Shown here piece after piece: positions 1 through 13,911 of a stretch of 64,000 nucleotides of DNA. The notes below the pieces were generated by a model. The model was not told the DNA's origin. It ran no database searches and saw only the letters and a list, made by a program, of their open reading frames with translations. Position 1 is the stretch's first letter. The number at the start of each line of letters is the position of its first letter. The position numbers were made by a program, and so were the translations under genes. The DNA lies in the NCBI GenBank assembly GCA_964016885.1, contig OZ024740.1, positions 388,678,001-388,742,000 on the forward strand. Direction: 5' to 3'. This DNA is from Eledone cirrhosa. Taxonomy: Eukaryota.

Positions 1-386
1 TATACAATGGCCTTGAGACACAGGTACTAAAATTGTCACGAAGAATTAAAGTTTAAGCAAGACAATGTAATATATATTCCCGTCGTTAAAAGGAAGTAAA
101 GTTGCTGTTATTGCAGTTCCATAATCATACTTGGTTGAGAAACCATTCGACATAAACATCCAAGCGTTATCTAAACAGAATAAATTACAAATATGTCAAA
201 TGTGAGACTTGAGTTTCTATTTGTCAACTTTTGTTCCTGATATTTTTAGATTAGTAAAATCTCGTCGGCCATAAATTATTCATTGGCAATCATTAAATGA
301 CATTCTCAACACGAACAACTGGCAATGATTATAGCTAGATACAAACTATGTACGAGTATTATAGCGTCATTGTATTATTCTAAATA

Positions 387-569
387 TGTGGATTGGCAGT
401 ATCGTAGAGGGTCGGGCGCCATGCTTTACAGCATAGAGTTATGGCCCTTTATGGTCTGAGTTCAAATCCCACCGAGGTTAACTTTGTCTTTCATCCTTAC
501 GGAGTCGATAAAATAAAGTACCAGTAATACACTGAGATAATTTCAGGCCTTGAGCTAAAAGTAGAAACA
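387..569 (+). mobile_element. tRNA-derived SINE, family A
   Basis: A-box TGGCAGTATCG, B-box GAGTTCAAATCC, central CTTTCATCCTTACGGAGTCGATAAAATAAAGTACCAG, tail GTAGAAACAATT. 13-bp TSD ATTATTCTAAATA at 374-386 and 570-582. Many copies in the window. Confidence 0.9.
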
Positions 570-600
570 ATTATTCTAAATAAGTCTAAAGTATGTCTTA

Positions 601-855
601 AGCCAGTAGGCTCATTTGGCCGGTGCTTATCCCGGTTACATGGCGTCAAGCGACTGAAAGTACAAGACTCCCCCCTAGACAGGACGCCAGTCCATCGCAG
701 GGTTAACCCCCCAGCTATTGCTGGTACTCATTTTCAGCTGAGTACACTGGAGCAACGTGAAATGAAATGCTTTGCTCAAGACCACAATACGCAACCCAGG
801 AATCGAACCCAAAGCGTTATGATCGTAAGTCCAACACCCTTACCACTAGGCCACG
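601..855 (-). mobile_element. tRNA-derived SINE, family B (CORE-like)
   Basis: Minus strand has GTGGCCTAGTGG (A box) and GGTTCGATTCC (B box), then CTTGAGCAAAGCATTTCATTTCACGTTGCTCC. The head is shared with 23282-23396. Confidence 0.85.
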
Positions 856-1062
856 TGAACCTTAAATAAATTTGATTTATACCAAATATTTGCAACTCAG
901 AAGCAAATTAGTAAAAGTAGAATACGACATTGTTTTTTCTTTTCATTTTAAGCTATAAAGGAACGTATAATGTAATGGTTTACATAATACAAATGCACTA
1001 CAGGACACAAACGTATTTTCTTACCGTGTAATATTGAATTTAAATCTAACCTTGAATTTTGC

Positions 1063-1210
1063 TTGATATGAGAAGAAATTTACCAAGCTATCCTTTCTTT
1101 GATGCAAAACAAAAGAAATGTAAAGGATATGCATCAAGGTGTAATCAAGTACCTGCAGAAAAAGGATTTAGCCCACAAGGACATTCATGTTGACATGGTT
1201 GCTACATTGC
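1063..1210 (+). mobile_element. mariner transposase N-terminal fragment
   Basis: 1132-1209 translates HQGVIKYLQKKDLAHKDIHVDMVATL, resembling the first HTH of mariner transposases. Not in the ORF track. Confidence 0.7.
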
Positions 1211-1324
1211 TTTTCAAATGATTCTCCTGATTAAGCGCCATTTGACTATCATCTGTTCCCTAATATGACACATTTAGATGGAAATAAGTGTCGTAGTGAT
1301 GATGAAGTTTTCAATCGACCATCG

Positions 1325-1470
<146 letters not shown>

Positions 1471-2146
1471 TTAAACTCATGCCAAAATCTCAATTTATGG
1501 GAGGAAATGTCAGACCGACTACTATAAGTTAGTTTAACTCATAGACGTCTCACTACCATGATTTCTAGAACAAAGAAACAATACTGATTATTTCAAGTTA
1601 TTGAAACAACCAGTATTGAAAGAATGATCTGTCATCAAAGGAGAGTTCTTTGGTATAAGAGGAAATATCGATCATAAAATGCACAGATCACTTCGATGCC
1701 GAAAAAACATGGCGTCCAATATGTTGCGATATTAAACTACTAAATATACGAATGTCTCTATATATATTAGAACAATACGACAGGGTAATAACGACGCTTG
1801 AAATAGCAGCAAAAAACGTCTAAATCTACTCTGTCAGGGTAAGGAGACGAGTATATGTGTTAGACTAACTTATCTTAGTAAGTCTGACTTATACTACCAT
1901 AAATTAAGATTTTAGCATAAGTTTAATGTTAAATTAGTTCTCTGAGAGATATTTTGTCTGTATATTTTATCCATTCATTGAGACGTTTAAGTATTAGAGA
2001 CAAATAACTTTTCTTTTTATTAAAATATATGCGTATGCATGTATGCATGTATGTATGATTTTTTGTGTGCTTATTATATATAAAAACGTTATATTTACAT
2101 ATGAATAATTGAGTCCTTTTTATAGCAGTACACCCTACATGTGAAA

Positions 2147-2410
2147 GGAGTTCCAATGAAGCAGGTAGAGTAGTTCAAGTATCTTGAGGTCGAGTTCATG
2201 AGTGATGGAAGACAGGAGGCTGAATAAAGTGCAAGAAATGCAGGAGCTGATGTGGTAATAAACCAGCCTCAGCATTCGTTAATCTGAAGAAGGCGCGTAG
2301 GTGTAAAAGTCAAACTCGTTATCTTCAATTCGCTATTCTACCAATCTTTACGAATACAAGCAGTCGAAATGAGGTTCCTCCGAAGGGTCTTTGGTAAGAA
2401 GGGAGATAGA
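2147..2410 (+). mobile_element. RTE-clade LINE RT fragment, decayed
   Basis: Translates GVPMKQVE*FKYLEVEFMSDGRQEAE. Similar to the minus-strand fragment at 15.6-15.9 kb. Confidence 0.7.
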
Positions 2411-2904
2411 GGTCTTTGGTAAGAAGGGAGATAGAGGAAAAGAGACCGGATACATGATAGTTTCAAAAAAATCCCGCATGACTACCTTTTCTAACCCTCA
2501 GTGGCTAAACATTTACGCACTATTCTCTCTCTTCTTTGTCAGTTGACGCACGTGGGATACTTTTTCTTCTATATTTGTGTAATTTGCCAAAATACATAAC
2601 TTGTCTCTAACTGCTCTTTTATGCCCCAATGGACACTGGAATGAGTGGTATCAACCTTAATAACCGAACAAGTAGTGATTTCCAGAGGTTGACTGTGAAG
2701 ATGCGACTGACCGTCTTTCCGTTATTTTTTCCATTGTTTTTCCAGTGCACCCCCTATTTTGAATATATATATGCACACACCTACACACCTACACACAGAT
2801 ATGTGTGTGTGTGTGTGCGTGTGCGTGTGTGTATCCCGGGTTCAATTGGAGGTAACCACATTAAATAAGGTACTCAATACAGAGCAGAGTATACATTTCT
2901 AATA

Positions 2905-3015
2905 TAGAAATGGTTTCTACGGGACTAGAACTGTTTCATTCTAATGAAATAATCAGGAAAATACAGATGATTTCCTTGGAATGAAACAGTTCTAGTCCTG
3001 TAGAAACCATTTCTA
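2905..3015. repeat. fold-back inverted repeat with degenerate hammerhead cores
   Basis: Arms TAGAAATGGTTTCTACGGGACTAGAACTGTTTCATTC and GAATGAAACAGTTCTAGTCCTGTAGAAACCATTTCTA. Cores read CAGATGA and CTGATTA followed by GAAAC. Confidence 0.85.
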
Positions 3016-3023
3016 AATATATA

Positions 3024-3059
<36 letters not shown>

Positions 3060-3130
3060 CAAGCAAATTATAAACGTAAACGTGTAAGTATGTTTTTGAA
3101 ACGGTGCGCGAGTTTGAAATTAGAAATTAG

Positions 3131-3326
3131 AAGCTTTCACCGTATTTTAGACTAAAGAAATTTCTAGCCTGATAGTGGGGTTTATAACCCTCGGAGAAAT
3201 GGAAAAAGATGAGTATTGCCGTACATGCCCTGTACGGCAACACTCATCTTTTTCCATTTCTCCGAGGGGGGTTATAAACTCCACTATCAGGTTAGAAATT
3301 TCTTTAGTCTAAAATACGGTGAAAGC

Positions 3327-3328
<2 letters not shown>
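3131..3328. repeat. ~200-bp near-perfect palindrome next to (TA)n
   Basis: AAGCTTTCACCG...GTACA tgccc TGTAC...CGGTGAAAGCTT, with a 5-nt loop. Confidence 0.95.
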
Positions 3329-3412
<84 letters not shown>

Positions 3413-3469
3413 TGTGTATTTGAAAAGGGAGTAAGGTTCTATACAAAACAGATGCTATACAGAAAAAGT

Positions 3470-3990
3470 GGAATTGGAAATAGCACGGGAAATATATTTA
3501 AAGGATCTGTTTTTCTTTTTTTCTTCTTTGATTCGTCAAAGTGACAATATTGAAAGAATGAGAGGAACAATTTTTTTTTAAAGTTTTATGATGTATATAA
3601 AATATATAAAATATAACCAGTTTCGATGTATCTTATCGAAATGTTGAAGATTACAATTAAAAAGAATTAAAAATTAAACATTTTAAATTAAGTGTTGAAG
3701 AAGATCTGTTCAATTCTCTTGTTCATCTTCTTCATGAAAGATGAACAGACAATCTTCAACACTTAATTTTAAATTTTTAATTCTTTTTAATTGTAATATT
3801 CAATATTTGATAAGATGGTTTACACTGATACATCGAAACCGGTTATATTTTATATATTTTATGTACATTATAAAACTCCTTTCTTTTAACTTGTGCCTCT
3901 CATTTTTTCAATAATGTCACTTTGACGAATCAAAGTTAAAAAAAAGAAAAACAGATCCTTTAAATATATTTTTCATGCTATTTCCAAATC
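3470..3990. repeat. ~520-bp fold-back, PLE pseudo-LTR-like
   Basis: Arms at about 3470-3712 and 3742-3990 are reverse complements. The right arm holds a hammerhead motif. Confidence 0.85.
3802..3849 (+). ncRNA. type-I hammerhead ribozyme motif, U3-A8 variant
   Basis: AATAT-TTGATAA-GATG..CATC-GAAA-CCGG-TT-ATATT: 5-bp stem I, 4-bp stem II, palindromic loop III. Confidence 0.7.
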
Positions 3991-4129
<139 letters not shown>

Positions 4130-4325
4130 CATATATATGTATACATATATATATATATATATATATAATAACATACATATATATATATATATACATACAT
4201 ATATATTATATATACATACATATATATTATATATACATACATACATGTATGTAGTGGTTGTATATTGAGAAGAAATATACAAGGACGAAACTAGGATTAA
4301 ACATGAAATGAATCCGTTTCGAAAA

Positions 4326-4377
<52 letters not shown>

Positions 4378-4380
<3 letters not shown>

Positions 4381-4540
4381 GATACGTACATATATATATA
4401 TGTGTGCATGTATGTATATATATACATACTACTGTACGTCTGTATACATATATGTAGGTACGTATACATACATACTTACATTTAAGTATCAGCCGTACGA
4501 AGAGTGAGAAATGAAATTTCGTTTCATTCTTTTCCATTTA
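4378..4540 (+). mobile_element. 3' fragment of retrozyme-like family R
   Basis: Matches 7566-7720 and 22975-23155. Ends at the same TTCCATTT followed by (TA)n. Confidence 0.8.
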
Positions 4541-4574
4541 TATATATATATATATACACATATATCTATGTATG

Positions 4575-4611
<37 letters not shown>

Positions 4612-5276
4612 GTATATAACGGAGGAAATGTGGTAAGGAACCAGGTGGACAATAACGCACCAAAGTACTCAATACTTAGGGTAGTAGAGTGGGTAATAGG
4701 AACGAGTAGGACCCCGACGGCTGAGCTCAAGCCGTTTGGACGGCTAATTCTGGACTAAATGAAAATTTTTATCCTGGTATTTTAATATATATATATATAT
4801 ATATATATACGTTATTTATATATATATAAATGAAAGGTATAGAAAACACTGCAGCGAAAAGCGAACAGCATTCCATAGTATATAAGTGACTATAGCGTCA
4901 AAAGGGGAAAAATAGTTAACGTAAGATGTGGGAAAAATAATTTAAACTCATCTCAAAGAGAATCAGGATATAAATTCATCCACAGAATTTAGTGAAATCC
5001 AGGGAAAAATCCATGGAAAATCAATAGAGCCTTAACTCACGATAAAATAAAGTTCAAGATACCTATCCTTCAATTTGGTAAAACTTCAAATATAGTCGTA
5101 AGACTATTTCATGAAAACTTTCAGCGGAGATGGTTACGGTTGGAGTTCATCATCAGCAGAGCTCAACTCGATAACCAGGATTCTCGCAGATTAATATGCC
5201 AAAAAGGGAATTCTAAAGCTGGCCAGTCCAACATCATGCGTGATCACGAAAAACGTACACGAGGAAAAAATGGCTA

Positions 5277-5992
5277 TTGACGTCAGAAAGAGACGAAAGT
5301 TTGGAGGATATTGAACTCATCCAAGGAAGAAGAAACCAAGAACTGGTCATACCATTTATAATGACACACAACCCATGTCACCATAATATCTTCAACACTG
5401 CCAAAGCAAACCTACCGATCATTGCTCAAAGAAATGAATTAAAAGGCTTAATCACAGATCGATCTTTGACTCTTAGTAAAAGACAGCCAAAAAATTTGAA
5501 GCAATTACTAACAAAAGCAAAGTTTGACCTTAACAACAAAGACCAATCATTCACTGTATCTAAATGCAATGATAGTCGATGCGGCACATGTCAATCCATA
5601 CACGCCGGTCAATATATGAAAACAAAAACTGCAAAAATATTCCCAAATGCAAATATAAACTGCAAAAGTAGAAATCTAATTTACTGCATTAAATGCCCGA
5701 ATTGTGAAGAACTATATGTCGGTCAAACTGGAAATGCACTATCGTAACGTGCACGAGTACACCGTCAACAAATCAGAGTCCCAAATGTCCGTCAGATACC
5801 CCTAAGTAACCATCTAGCAACATGTGGTCAGGGAATATTTATAATATTCCCATTCTACAAATTACACAGCCCAAGTGAAATCAAGAGAAAAATCAAATCA
5901 AAGAATTTTATTGATAAATTCAAACCCAAGCTAAATGAACAATAATAACGCTTAGGGGTATTACTTCTACTACCACTATGACTACGACCACT

Positions 5993-6035
<43 letters not shown>

Positions 6036-6540
6036 TTAAAAGTGATGTTGATGGTGATGATTAATAGAAAATGTTATTTTCATCATTTCTAAAAATAGCA
6101 AAACAATTGATGCTTTGAATATGATTAATTATTGGTCGTTAGACATGCTCAACCAGCCGTGACGCTTAAACCAATCAGCTTTAGTAATTCAGTCAAACTA
6201 CACACTAATTGCTCGAAATACAGTTTGCAGGGTTTAGCATTCTGGAGCCACTTTCAACTGTATAAAATGTATAAAAGGTAGGAAATTTATCCATCTTATT
6301 ACAGTTGAAAATTGCAAACTTGACTGTCACCACATATTATGAACCTGAAGATTGCTAAAGCATGAAAGTACTTGTTCAATTAACACTTAGAATTTAATAT
6401 TCTATCATACTATTTCATTATAATACCATTATAAATTTTAAAGGATTGTAAATAAAACGAGTAAATCAGACAAAGTTGGAATTCCTCTTATTAATATAAT
6501 CTTCTATACGCAATCATACAGACCCGTGTCTATTTACCTA
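5277..6540 (+). mobile_element. Penelope-like element 3' part (Neptune-type GIY-YIG endonuclease, 3' UTR/pLTR), pseudogenised
   Basis: KCNDSRCGTC linker, then NLIYCIKCPNCEELYVGQT...*RARVHRQQI...KFKPKLN, coding to about 5940 with an internal stop at 5745. Hammerhead at 6340. Ends in (TA)n. Confidence 0.9.
6340..6378 (+). ncRNA. minimal type-I hammerhead ribozyme in PLE pLTR
   Basis: TGAAC-CTGAAGA-T-TGC taaa GCA-T-GAAA-GTAC-TT-GTTCA, about 400 nt downstream of the GIY-YIG ORF on the same strand. Confidence 0.85.
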
Positions 6541-6759
6541 TATATATATATATATATAATATAAGATCAAAAGATGGTTAAATGAGTTCCATGTATTTTA
6601 TTATGCGCATTTCAAAAACAAACATCATCATGCAATAATATTTGTGTTTTCATCAGATAAAACAGGAGAACATGATATGAAGGCTAAAAAACACTTGTGG
6701 ATAGTGCAGTTTTAAATCAACATATGAAAAGTGGTTTTAGATTGATGTGTGATATTGGG

Positions 6760-7160
6760 AAAAATATTTTATTTAGAGAGGGGGGGGTGGAAAGGATGAA
6801 AAAGGGGAGGAGATGAGAGGGAGAGATGGGTGATAGAGAGAAAGAGATAGTTTTTATAACTGAGAGAAGATATATTGTTTTACATAGAGAGGTTGAAAAC
6901 CGTTAGAAGATAATGTATAAATTAAAAGAATTTGAAAATTAACGAAGGGAAGATATGTGCGAGGAAAAAATATTTTATTTAGGGGGGGGATGAAAAAAGG
7001 GGGAGGAGATGAGAGTGAAGGTGGAGAGGGAGAGAAGGGTGATAGAGAGAAAGAGATAGTTTTTATAACTGAGAAAAGATATATTGTTTTACATAGAGAG
7101 GTTGAGAACCGTTGGAAGATAATGTATAAATTAAAGGAATTTGAAAATTAACGAAGGGAA
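6760..7160. repeat. ~200-bp tandem duplication
   Basis: AAAAATATTTTATTTAG...AAAATTAACGAAGGGA occurs twice, at about 6760-6950 and 6965-7159. Confidence 0.9.
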
Positions 7161-7247
7161 TTTATGTATGAAGATAGAGAGAAAAAATAATAATTGTGGA
7201 TGAATATTCTAACGTCAAAAAAAGTGTATGTTGATAAGTATTGTGGC

Positions 7248-8105
7248 AATTTCATTTCTCACTCTTAGTACGGCTGATACTTAAATGTAACAAAAGGGCG
7301 ACGATGGTTGCTTGAACACTGTACGGCGTAATTCGGGCTGCTTGTTTGTTTACAAACAAACTAACCGAACTGGCAGTATCGGTAGAGAGTCGGACGCCAT
7401 GCTTTCCGGCATAGTTACGTCCCTTTACGATCTGAGTTCAAATCCCGCCGAGGTTGACTTTGCCTTTCATCCTTACGGGGTCGATAAAATAAAGTACTAG
7501 TAATGCACTGGGTAATTGCTGGCCTTGTGCCTAAAGTAGAAACAATTATAATAAATGTTCGGTAGACCGATACGTACACATATATATGTGTGCATGTATG
7601 TATATATATACATACTACTGTACGTCTGTATACATATATGTATGTACGTATACATAGTTATATTTAAGTATCAGCCGTACTAAGAGTGAGAAATGAAATT
7701 TCGTTTCATTCTTTTCCATTTATCGGTTTCGGTGCGCCCGGCCGACTAACTCACTCGATATGCAAATTAGGCTGCTCAGCCGTTAATATGCATAAGGAAA
7801 GTATATACTTTCAGACGTTCAATCATCTGGCAGAAAGGTATACGATGCTGACGATAGCTAATAAGCTTCGAACTAGTACATCGTTCCTGTGTCAGTGTTA
7901 AACAAAAGGGCGACGATGGTTGCTTGAACACTGTACGGCGTAATTCGCATTGTTTGTTTGTTTACAAACAAACCGAACATTATAATAAATGTTCGGTAAA
8001 CCGATACGTACATATATATATGTATGCATGTATGTATATATATACATACTACTGTACGTCTGTATACATATATGTATGTACGTATACATATATACTTACA
8101 TTTAT
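7248..8105 (+). mobile_element. retrozyme-like family R: more than one tandem monomer with a short 5' inverted segment
   Basis: AACAAAAGGGCGACGATGG is repeated at 7289 and 7901. 7248-7290 is inverted relative to 7659-7700. Degenerate hammerhead at 7842-7884. Confidence 0.8.
7371..7546 (+). mobile_element. SINE family A inserted into family R
   Basis: Full A/B boxes and tail. The empty site CCGAAC|ATTATAAT is visible in the next monomer at about 7978. Confidence 0.9.
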
Positions 8106-8108
8106 ATA

Positions 8109-10606
8109 CTAGCAGAAGTACCCGGCGTTGCCCGGGTGTAAGTCGACCTTTGGTCTGTTAGAATGTGTGAAAGTTACTTCCCGCGCATCACAGGTTCAAA
8201 ACTTCGAACTTCAATGGAAAAAAATAGGTTAGTAGACACAGGTGTGTAATTTATTAATTGTAGTTACACAGTGTATCGTTGAAATTGTTCTCTGCACGAC
8301 TGACGGGAGTCAAAATCGCTTGATATTGAATGTTCAGTTAATTTAAAGCAGGGTGAAAATGTCGATTACTTTCAGGGGGTTTTTTTTTCCAATTTTTGCG
8401 CTCACATGTGCTGAAGAAGAATTAAAAGGGCCTTTATCTTAACCGCGGCATAATGGCGAGTCTTTTGTGACAGTTTTCAAGAATATAGGACGTTCCTGTA
8501 AAAGGTTTTCCCATGTGTAACTTTGCCTTGTTTTTTTGCGCAAAGTCGAGCCCCGCTTCAGTTTTATTGATTTTTTACATCAATGCGTGATCTCTGAAGT
8601 AGATTTGAGTAGCTAAAAACCTGTCCCGGTAAATTTGCTATAGGTGAAAAAAAGTTGATCAAAATTGTATCTAGGGTTATTGCCCTTTGCCACAGCCTCA
8701 AGCCTCGTCTGACGGGATGTTGGTGATTCCTCCGTCAGCGCTTGTTGGCGACGAAGGCGAACATCAGCAAGCCTTGTCGTACGTGATGTTGGTGACTCAA
8801 CCAGCCGGGAAAGACGTCTTTCAGCGAGTCGATATTCGCGCTCAGCAGGTGTTTCCTAGAGAAAATTAATTAATGCTACTGGTTAGCTAAGCCAATGGCA
8901 GTGTCAATAGTAAATGAGAAAAGTCTAACATGAACAAAAGGGAATCAAGGTAAGACAATAAATTTAATATAACTACGATTAGAATGTTGTAGCTGCTTAA
9001 AAGTGGTGACAGTTAGGATAAACGCAGTACTTGCTAACATTAAGGGAGAATATTGCATAAAGGATTAATCAATTGTGAATGAACTCATACCCGAGAACGC
9101 CTAATTCGTTGTCTCAAAGCAATAGCTGTACCTTTTTTGGAGGTATGTCTTGAACATTTCCGTGTGGGCATAACGACGTGTAACGAAGCTGTTAGGTTAG
9201 AGAGAGGTGATTAAATACAGAGAGAGAGATGACACCAGATTCGTTAGCATGGTTACTGGTGAATTGGAAGGTTTGGAAATATGATTACAATAACTTACCG
9301 AATTTTCCCGTCTATAAATTGCACTTAAAATAATTAAATTTAATCAAAAAACAGCTCTGCGCTTTATACTCCGGTGAGCCTTATGTATAAATAATACAAT
9401 GGTAATCAATCACGGCTCTAACAGAAGTAATAGATCTAGATTAAAAGTAAAGAAGATAGCATTTTCTGGTTGGCCTTACACGCCGTTACGCGGACCTGAT
9501 TTTAAATGATACGCCTTATATCCTGGTGAGCCTTATAGAGCGGAAAATATCTGTTGGAAAAGAATACGAATTCATGACCAAGGTGTGACAAAATAGGCGT
9601 CTATACAGCGCCTGAAACAAACTTGTCCAAAACCCTAGGATTTTTCTCGTTAAGTATCCACCCAAAAGGAACCGTTTTTTAGTTACAAAAAATGACCAAA
9701 GTGTATAGTAGCTATATTTCTGACATATCATGCCAAAAAGAACAATATATTCAAAAAATGTTCTAAAGTACATTCAATCTCTCTTTTTGACCGATATCTT
9801 AATAAGCAAGTTATCGATTTTTTATTGGCTGTCAGTGTCTATCTGCATGCAGGTGTGCACGTGTGCGCAATTAATTGCAAATACGCTCATAACATTTAGT
9901 CGTAAGCAGAATAAAAAATGCTATTAGAGGTGGGCTAATAATGAAGACACAAACCCTGGTGAACTTACGTTTAAACACCCGAAAAGTTACTCACTTCCTG
10001 TGCAAAAGACTGTATTATAAATTAAGTAATTTTTAGAATCTTTTGTTTAAAAAAGGAAAACATTGGTACGATGTAAATTTTTTTACTTGTATTGTATGTG
10101 TACAACACAACTTGGTCAAGGTATTATTTAGTAATTCTTTTTTCAAAAAGCATGATTATTTAAGACTGTTTGAAAATTTACTCACAGCTTTTAGGTTCAC
10201 AAAAGACACCATTAAATTTGGTTCCCTTTTCAGATAGGGATAATACTGTATTTCCACTTGAATAAGGTGGAATATGAAAAGAAACTCTTTAATGGTCAGT
10301 CGTTTACTGAGACAGCTGGGAAGACATGCAGCTGGCCGTCCAATCAATAACGCACGTCCTTATATGGGCATATGAAATTTATTTGTATTGCGCCAGATGT
10401 AAACTAAGAGTTCTTGTGTTCGAATTCACATAAAATTTCATTGGAATCGAAAAACATTCTGTCATAGGGCCCGATTATCGATTTTTCGAAAATTTCAAGT
10501 AGCCTATTCTACTCTACGCGTTGAGTTTTATATGTGTGAGGTTTCATGAAAATTGGATGAACGGTGTAGCAGGCAAGTTCGGTACACTAAACAATGTCCA
10601 TCTTCC

Positions 10607-10612
<6 letters not shown>
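8109..10612 (-). mobile_element. non-autonomous Helitron-like element
   Basis: Minus-strand 3' end has hairpin CCCGGGCAACGCCGGG followed by CTAG|T at 8109-8112. The other end is approximate and merges with (TA)n. Confidence 0.6.
9297..9551. mobile_element. pogo/Tc1-type MITE, imperfect TIRs
   Basis: ATTTTCCCGTCTATAA ... TTATAGAGCGGAAAAT, with internal repeats CGCYTTATA...GGTGAGCCTTAT. Confidence 0.45.
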
Positions 10613-10642
<30 letters not shown>

Positions 10643-11286
10643 TTTTCGAAACGGATTCATTTCATGTTTAATCCTAGTTTCGTCCTTGTATATTTCTTGT
10701 CAATACACAACCACTACAAAGATGAATTTTCAAATAAACGATTGAGTTGTTTTCATGTTTTATGTTTGGTGGAAAACTTTGATAAAACTCTTTCGCGGCG
10801 ATAAAATGAAACTGAATTTTGCCAGAATGTTTTATGTAGATTAATCTTTCTCACAGTAGTATTTATTATCGTTTTACTTCCGCCGAGATCACACAACATT
10901 TCAGATTTTTCATTGGTATTTGAAAAATAGATTCAATTAATATATTCTGTTAGAATATATAAAATGAACGGGAATAGTTATTGTATAAGCAATATTAAAT
11001 GTTGTTTACTACTGATAGCGAATTCTAGATTTTTAAACTTTTAAATTAATATAGTCGAGTTCTAATTTGATTCCTATAACTTCTCCTACCATCTTAGGAA
11101 AACAGAGAAAATATATCTAGTGCCTACTACTGGTCATACGCTTGATCTCCTTCTCATACAGCAGGGTTACAGTCATTAGCTGTTGACAATGTTGTCATCG
11201 CATGGTGTTATTGACCTCACCTGATACGTATCCACCTACCAACAACCAGATTCCGTTACTCCTTAGTCATCCTGTATCTCTATATT

Positions 11287-11349
<63 letters not shown>

Positions 11350-11390
11350 GAAAAGTATATATATATATATATATATATATATAGCTACGG

Positions 11391-11430
<40 letters not shown>

Positions 11431-11528
11431 TTTGGGTCGGCTAGCTGAGAAGCTAGTCGGTTAGCCGTCCCTTCTGTCTCTGATTTTTCGGACCCATGGC
11501 TTTTTACATATTCCTTTGTTATATTCCA

Positions 11529-11586
11529 ATACCTGATGATATCACCGGATTCATATGGAACCCGGTCATTGAAATGATCATAGTAT
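11529..11586 (+). ncRNA. type-I hammerhead motif in a ~200-bp island between (TA)n tracts
   Basis: ATAC-CTGATGA-long stem II (ACCGG..CCGGT)-GAAA-TGATCA-TA-GTAT. Same family as 21088-21271. Confidence 0.85.
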
Positions 11587-12019
11587 AATAAACTTTTCAA
11601 GGATTTACACCAGTCCAGCCTCCTGTTATTTCATTTATATATATATATATAAATGTAATCTGATTTTTTCGGATATTAATAATAACATTCGATACGTTTG
11701 CAATTATGCAAACAACCCTCAATTTTATAGCCATGTCAGTAGAATGTCATTTCATTCTTGCTTTTATGTTGACATGCGAACGAACACAACTGCAGACACT
11801 AATGTTTCTGGGTATCACCCTTCATCAGTACAGCTCACTGTTCACCTGCCAAACTGTCAGAGCTACTGAAAATATATGCTATTTTCAAAAATACACAGTG
11901 ACTGATCGGTCTGATTTGCATATTTATAGAATCTCACTTGCTATCTCTCTCTGTTTCTCTCTTGCTCTGTCTCTCCAACCTTCTAGATATTCTCTTTGAA
12001 ATTCTACCCTTGTATGACA

Positions 12020-12862
12020 TTCCAGCAAGACTTCTGGAAGGAAGCAATTAAGGCTTTGTATCTCGACACAAGTGCCACTATCATCACCCGTGATAGCCCA
12101 ATAGAGTTCTTTGACATGTCAGCAGGTGTGCTGCAGGGTGACACTCTTGCCCCATTCCTCTTCAACATGACACTAGACTACTCCCTGAGACTCTCAATTG
12201 ACAAAATCAATAACAAAGGTATAACCATCAAACCCCGCATGAGCTCTAGGCACCCCTCTAAACATCTCACTGACCTTAACTTTGCGGATGACATTGCACT
12301 TCTTGCAGATTGCCTAAACAATACGCAACAACTTTTCACATCTCTCCCGGAAGCAGCCGCCCTCGTTGGCTTTCATCTCAACGAGGATAAAACAGAGTTT
12401 GGCGCTCAAATTTTTCCAACCACACCAAGATCAAACTCTTCCAAGTAACAATTCAACCAATCTTGCTATATGGAAGAGAAACATGGACGCTTTCATCCAA
12501 ACAACAAAATTACCTTGATGGCACCTACACTCGCCTGCTTCAGCGCATTCAAAACATAGGCTGGTGACATCTGCCTTTGTGAGAGATATATGCTGGCCTC
12601 CCACGCATATCTGTCATTGTACGTAAGAGGAGAGTAAGGTTTGCTGGCCACTGCCATCGTGCCACCTACGAGGCTATGTCCCCATTAGTGCTTTGGAAAC
12701 CACAAGCAGTCACTAATAACAGGAGGCGCAAGCTCTCCTACCCCGATGTCATCTCCGGAAATTCTGGTATTGAAATCCAGGATTGGCAACGGCATGAACG
12801 ACAGACCCATGTGGAAATCAATTGTTGAGTCCATTTCGGCTGAGGCCGCCGGATGATGATGA
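12020..12862 (+). mobile_element. RTE-clade LINE, 5'-truncated and decayed
   Basis: GVLQGDTLAPFLF and LNFADDIALL RT motifs, downstream RRVRFAGHCHR, (GAT)n tail. Confidence 0.9.
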
Positions 12863-13250
12863 GATATTTTTCTTTCTCTCAATCTCTTTATTACTCTTAT
12901 GACTATTCTAATAAATTCTCTATTGCTGTTCCTCATAGACAATGTGTTGTTGTGCTGAAAGGGAGAAATAGAGAGAATGATTGTCTGTAATAAAATGGGA
13001 TTTTTATAGTCAAAGATTGGGAGGGAATAAGTGTGAAAGAAAAATGAAGGAAAATCAGAGAGTGTGACGTTACATATGCTATGCACTTTGTAATGAGAGA
13101 AAAAGTGAGAGAAAAATGGGATAAAAAATGAGAGAAAGTGGAATAGTGTGATAGAGAAGAGGGATGAAGGTCAGGAGAGTGAGTGAGAGAGAGAGAGAGT
13201 GAAAGAGAGACGCCGACAACATTACAGGAAATGACAACGGTCATACTCAC

Positions 13251-13911
13251 CATTGTTGGGGATTTAAACGTTTTTGATATTCCTTCGCACACGTTATGTA
13301 TATGAATAACATCAGTTTTCACGATGGGGCTCACTAGTAGAAATATAATATATTTTCTAAGCGAATATAATATATTTTCTAAGAAAATAAATCAATGAAT
13401 ACACATATTTTTACCATGACATAAATTTCTCCTTTTCCTGCAAATATGCATATAAAGTTGTAGAGCAACATTTTTTTTTAATATTGTTATTTGGAAATCC
13501 ATCTTTATGCGTCACACACTTGTCAACTCTCCGCGTCCGACGACGAGATCTCTCCATTTTGGCTCATTTCTCCCCGTATCTCCTTTTTTGTGAAAAGCTT
13601 TCACTGTTTAAAAATCTCACCCAGTTTGCCTCATTTCTCCCCATTTTGGGGCACTTTTTTTCATGGTACTCCCCGTTTGGGTTTTTAGAGCTTGACAGGT
13701 CTGGCAACATACGGAGATGTGCATAAGGAATTCTGGATTAAAATCTCATTGGCAGATCAGAACTATTTTCATAATAAACGCTTCACAAATACAAGTATAT
13801 ATACTAAAGGTCTCAATATACTTGAATATAATATATCGTAATACATTGAATGTGTTAGTATACTTATACACAAAGTAACATGTGAAATGCAATGAACCCA
13901 AGCATTAACAT
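13251..13911 (-). CDS. candidate multi-exon host gene fragment (exons 13911-13870, 13732-13713, 13437-13415, 13333-13251)
   Basis: AG/GT-bounded, phase-compatible exons join to MLMLGFIAFHMLLCNSLCTSPKRRNLCHVSPIVKTDVIHIHNVCEGISKTFKSPTM. The first donor (GTATAA) is weak and no homology was recognised. Confidence 0.3.
13515..13703. mobile_element. small TIR element (hAT-like MITE)
   Basis: CACACTTGTCAACTCT ... AGAGCTTGACAGGTCTG. No clear TSD. Confidence 0.5.

Noticed and set aside
387-855. A/B-box sequences as tRNA genes
   Set aside because: No cloverleaf. They continue into multi-copy SINE bodies.
5108-5160. CTGATGA...GAAA on the - strand (also 6601-6637, 20550-20590, 19510-19552)
   Set aside because: Stems or core are incomplete. 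Treated as decayed motifs and not called as ribozymes.
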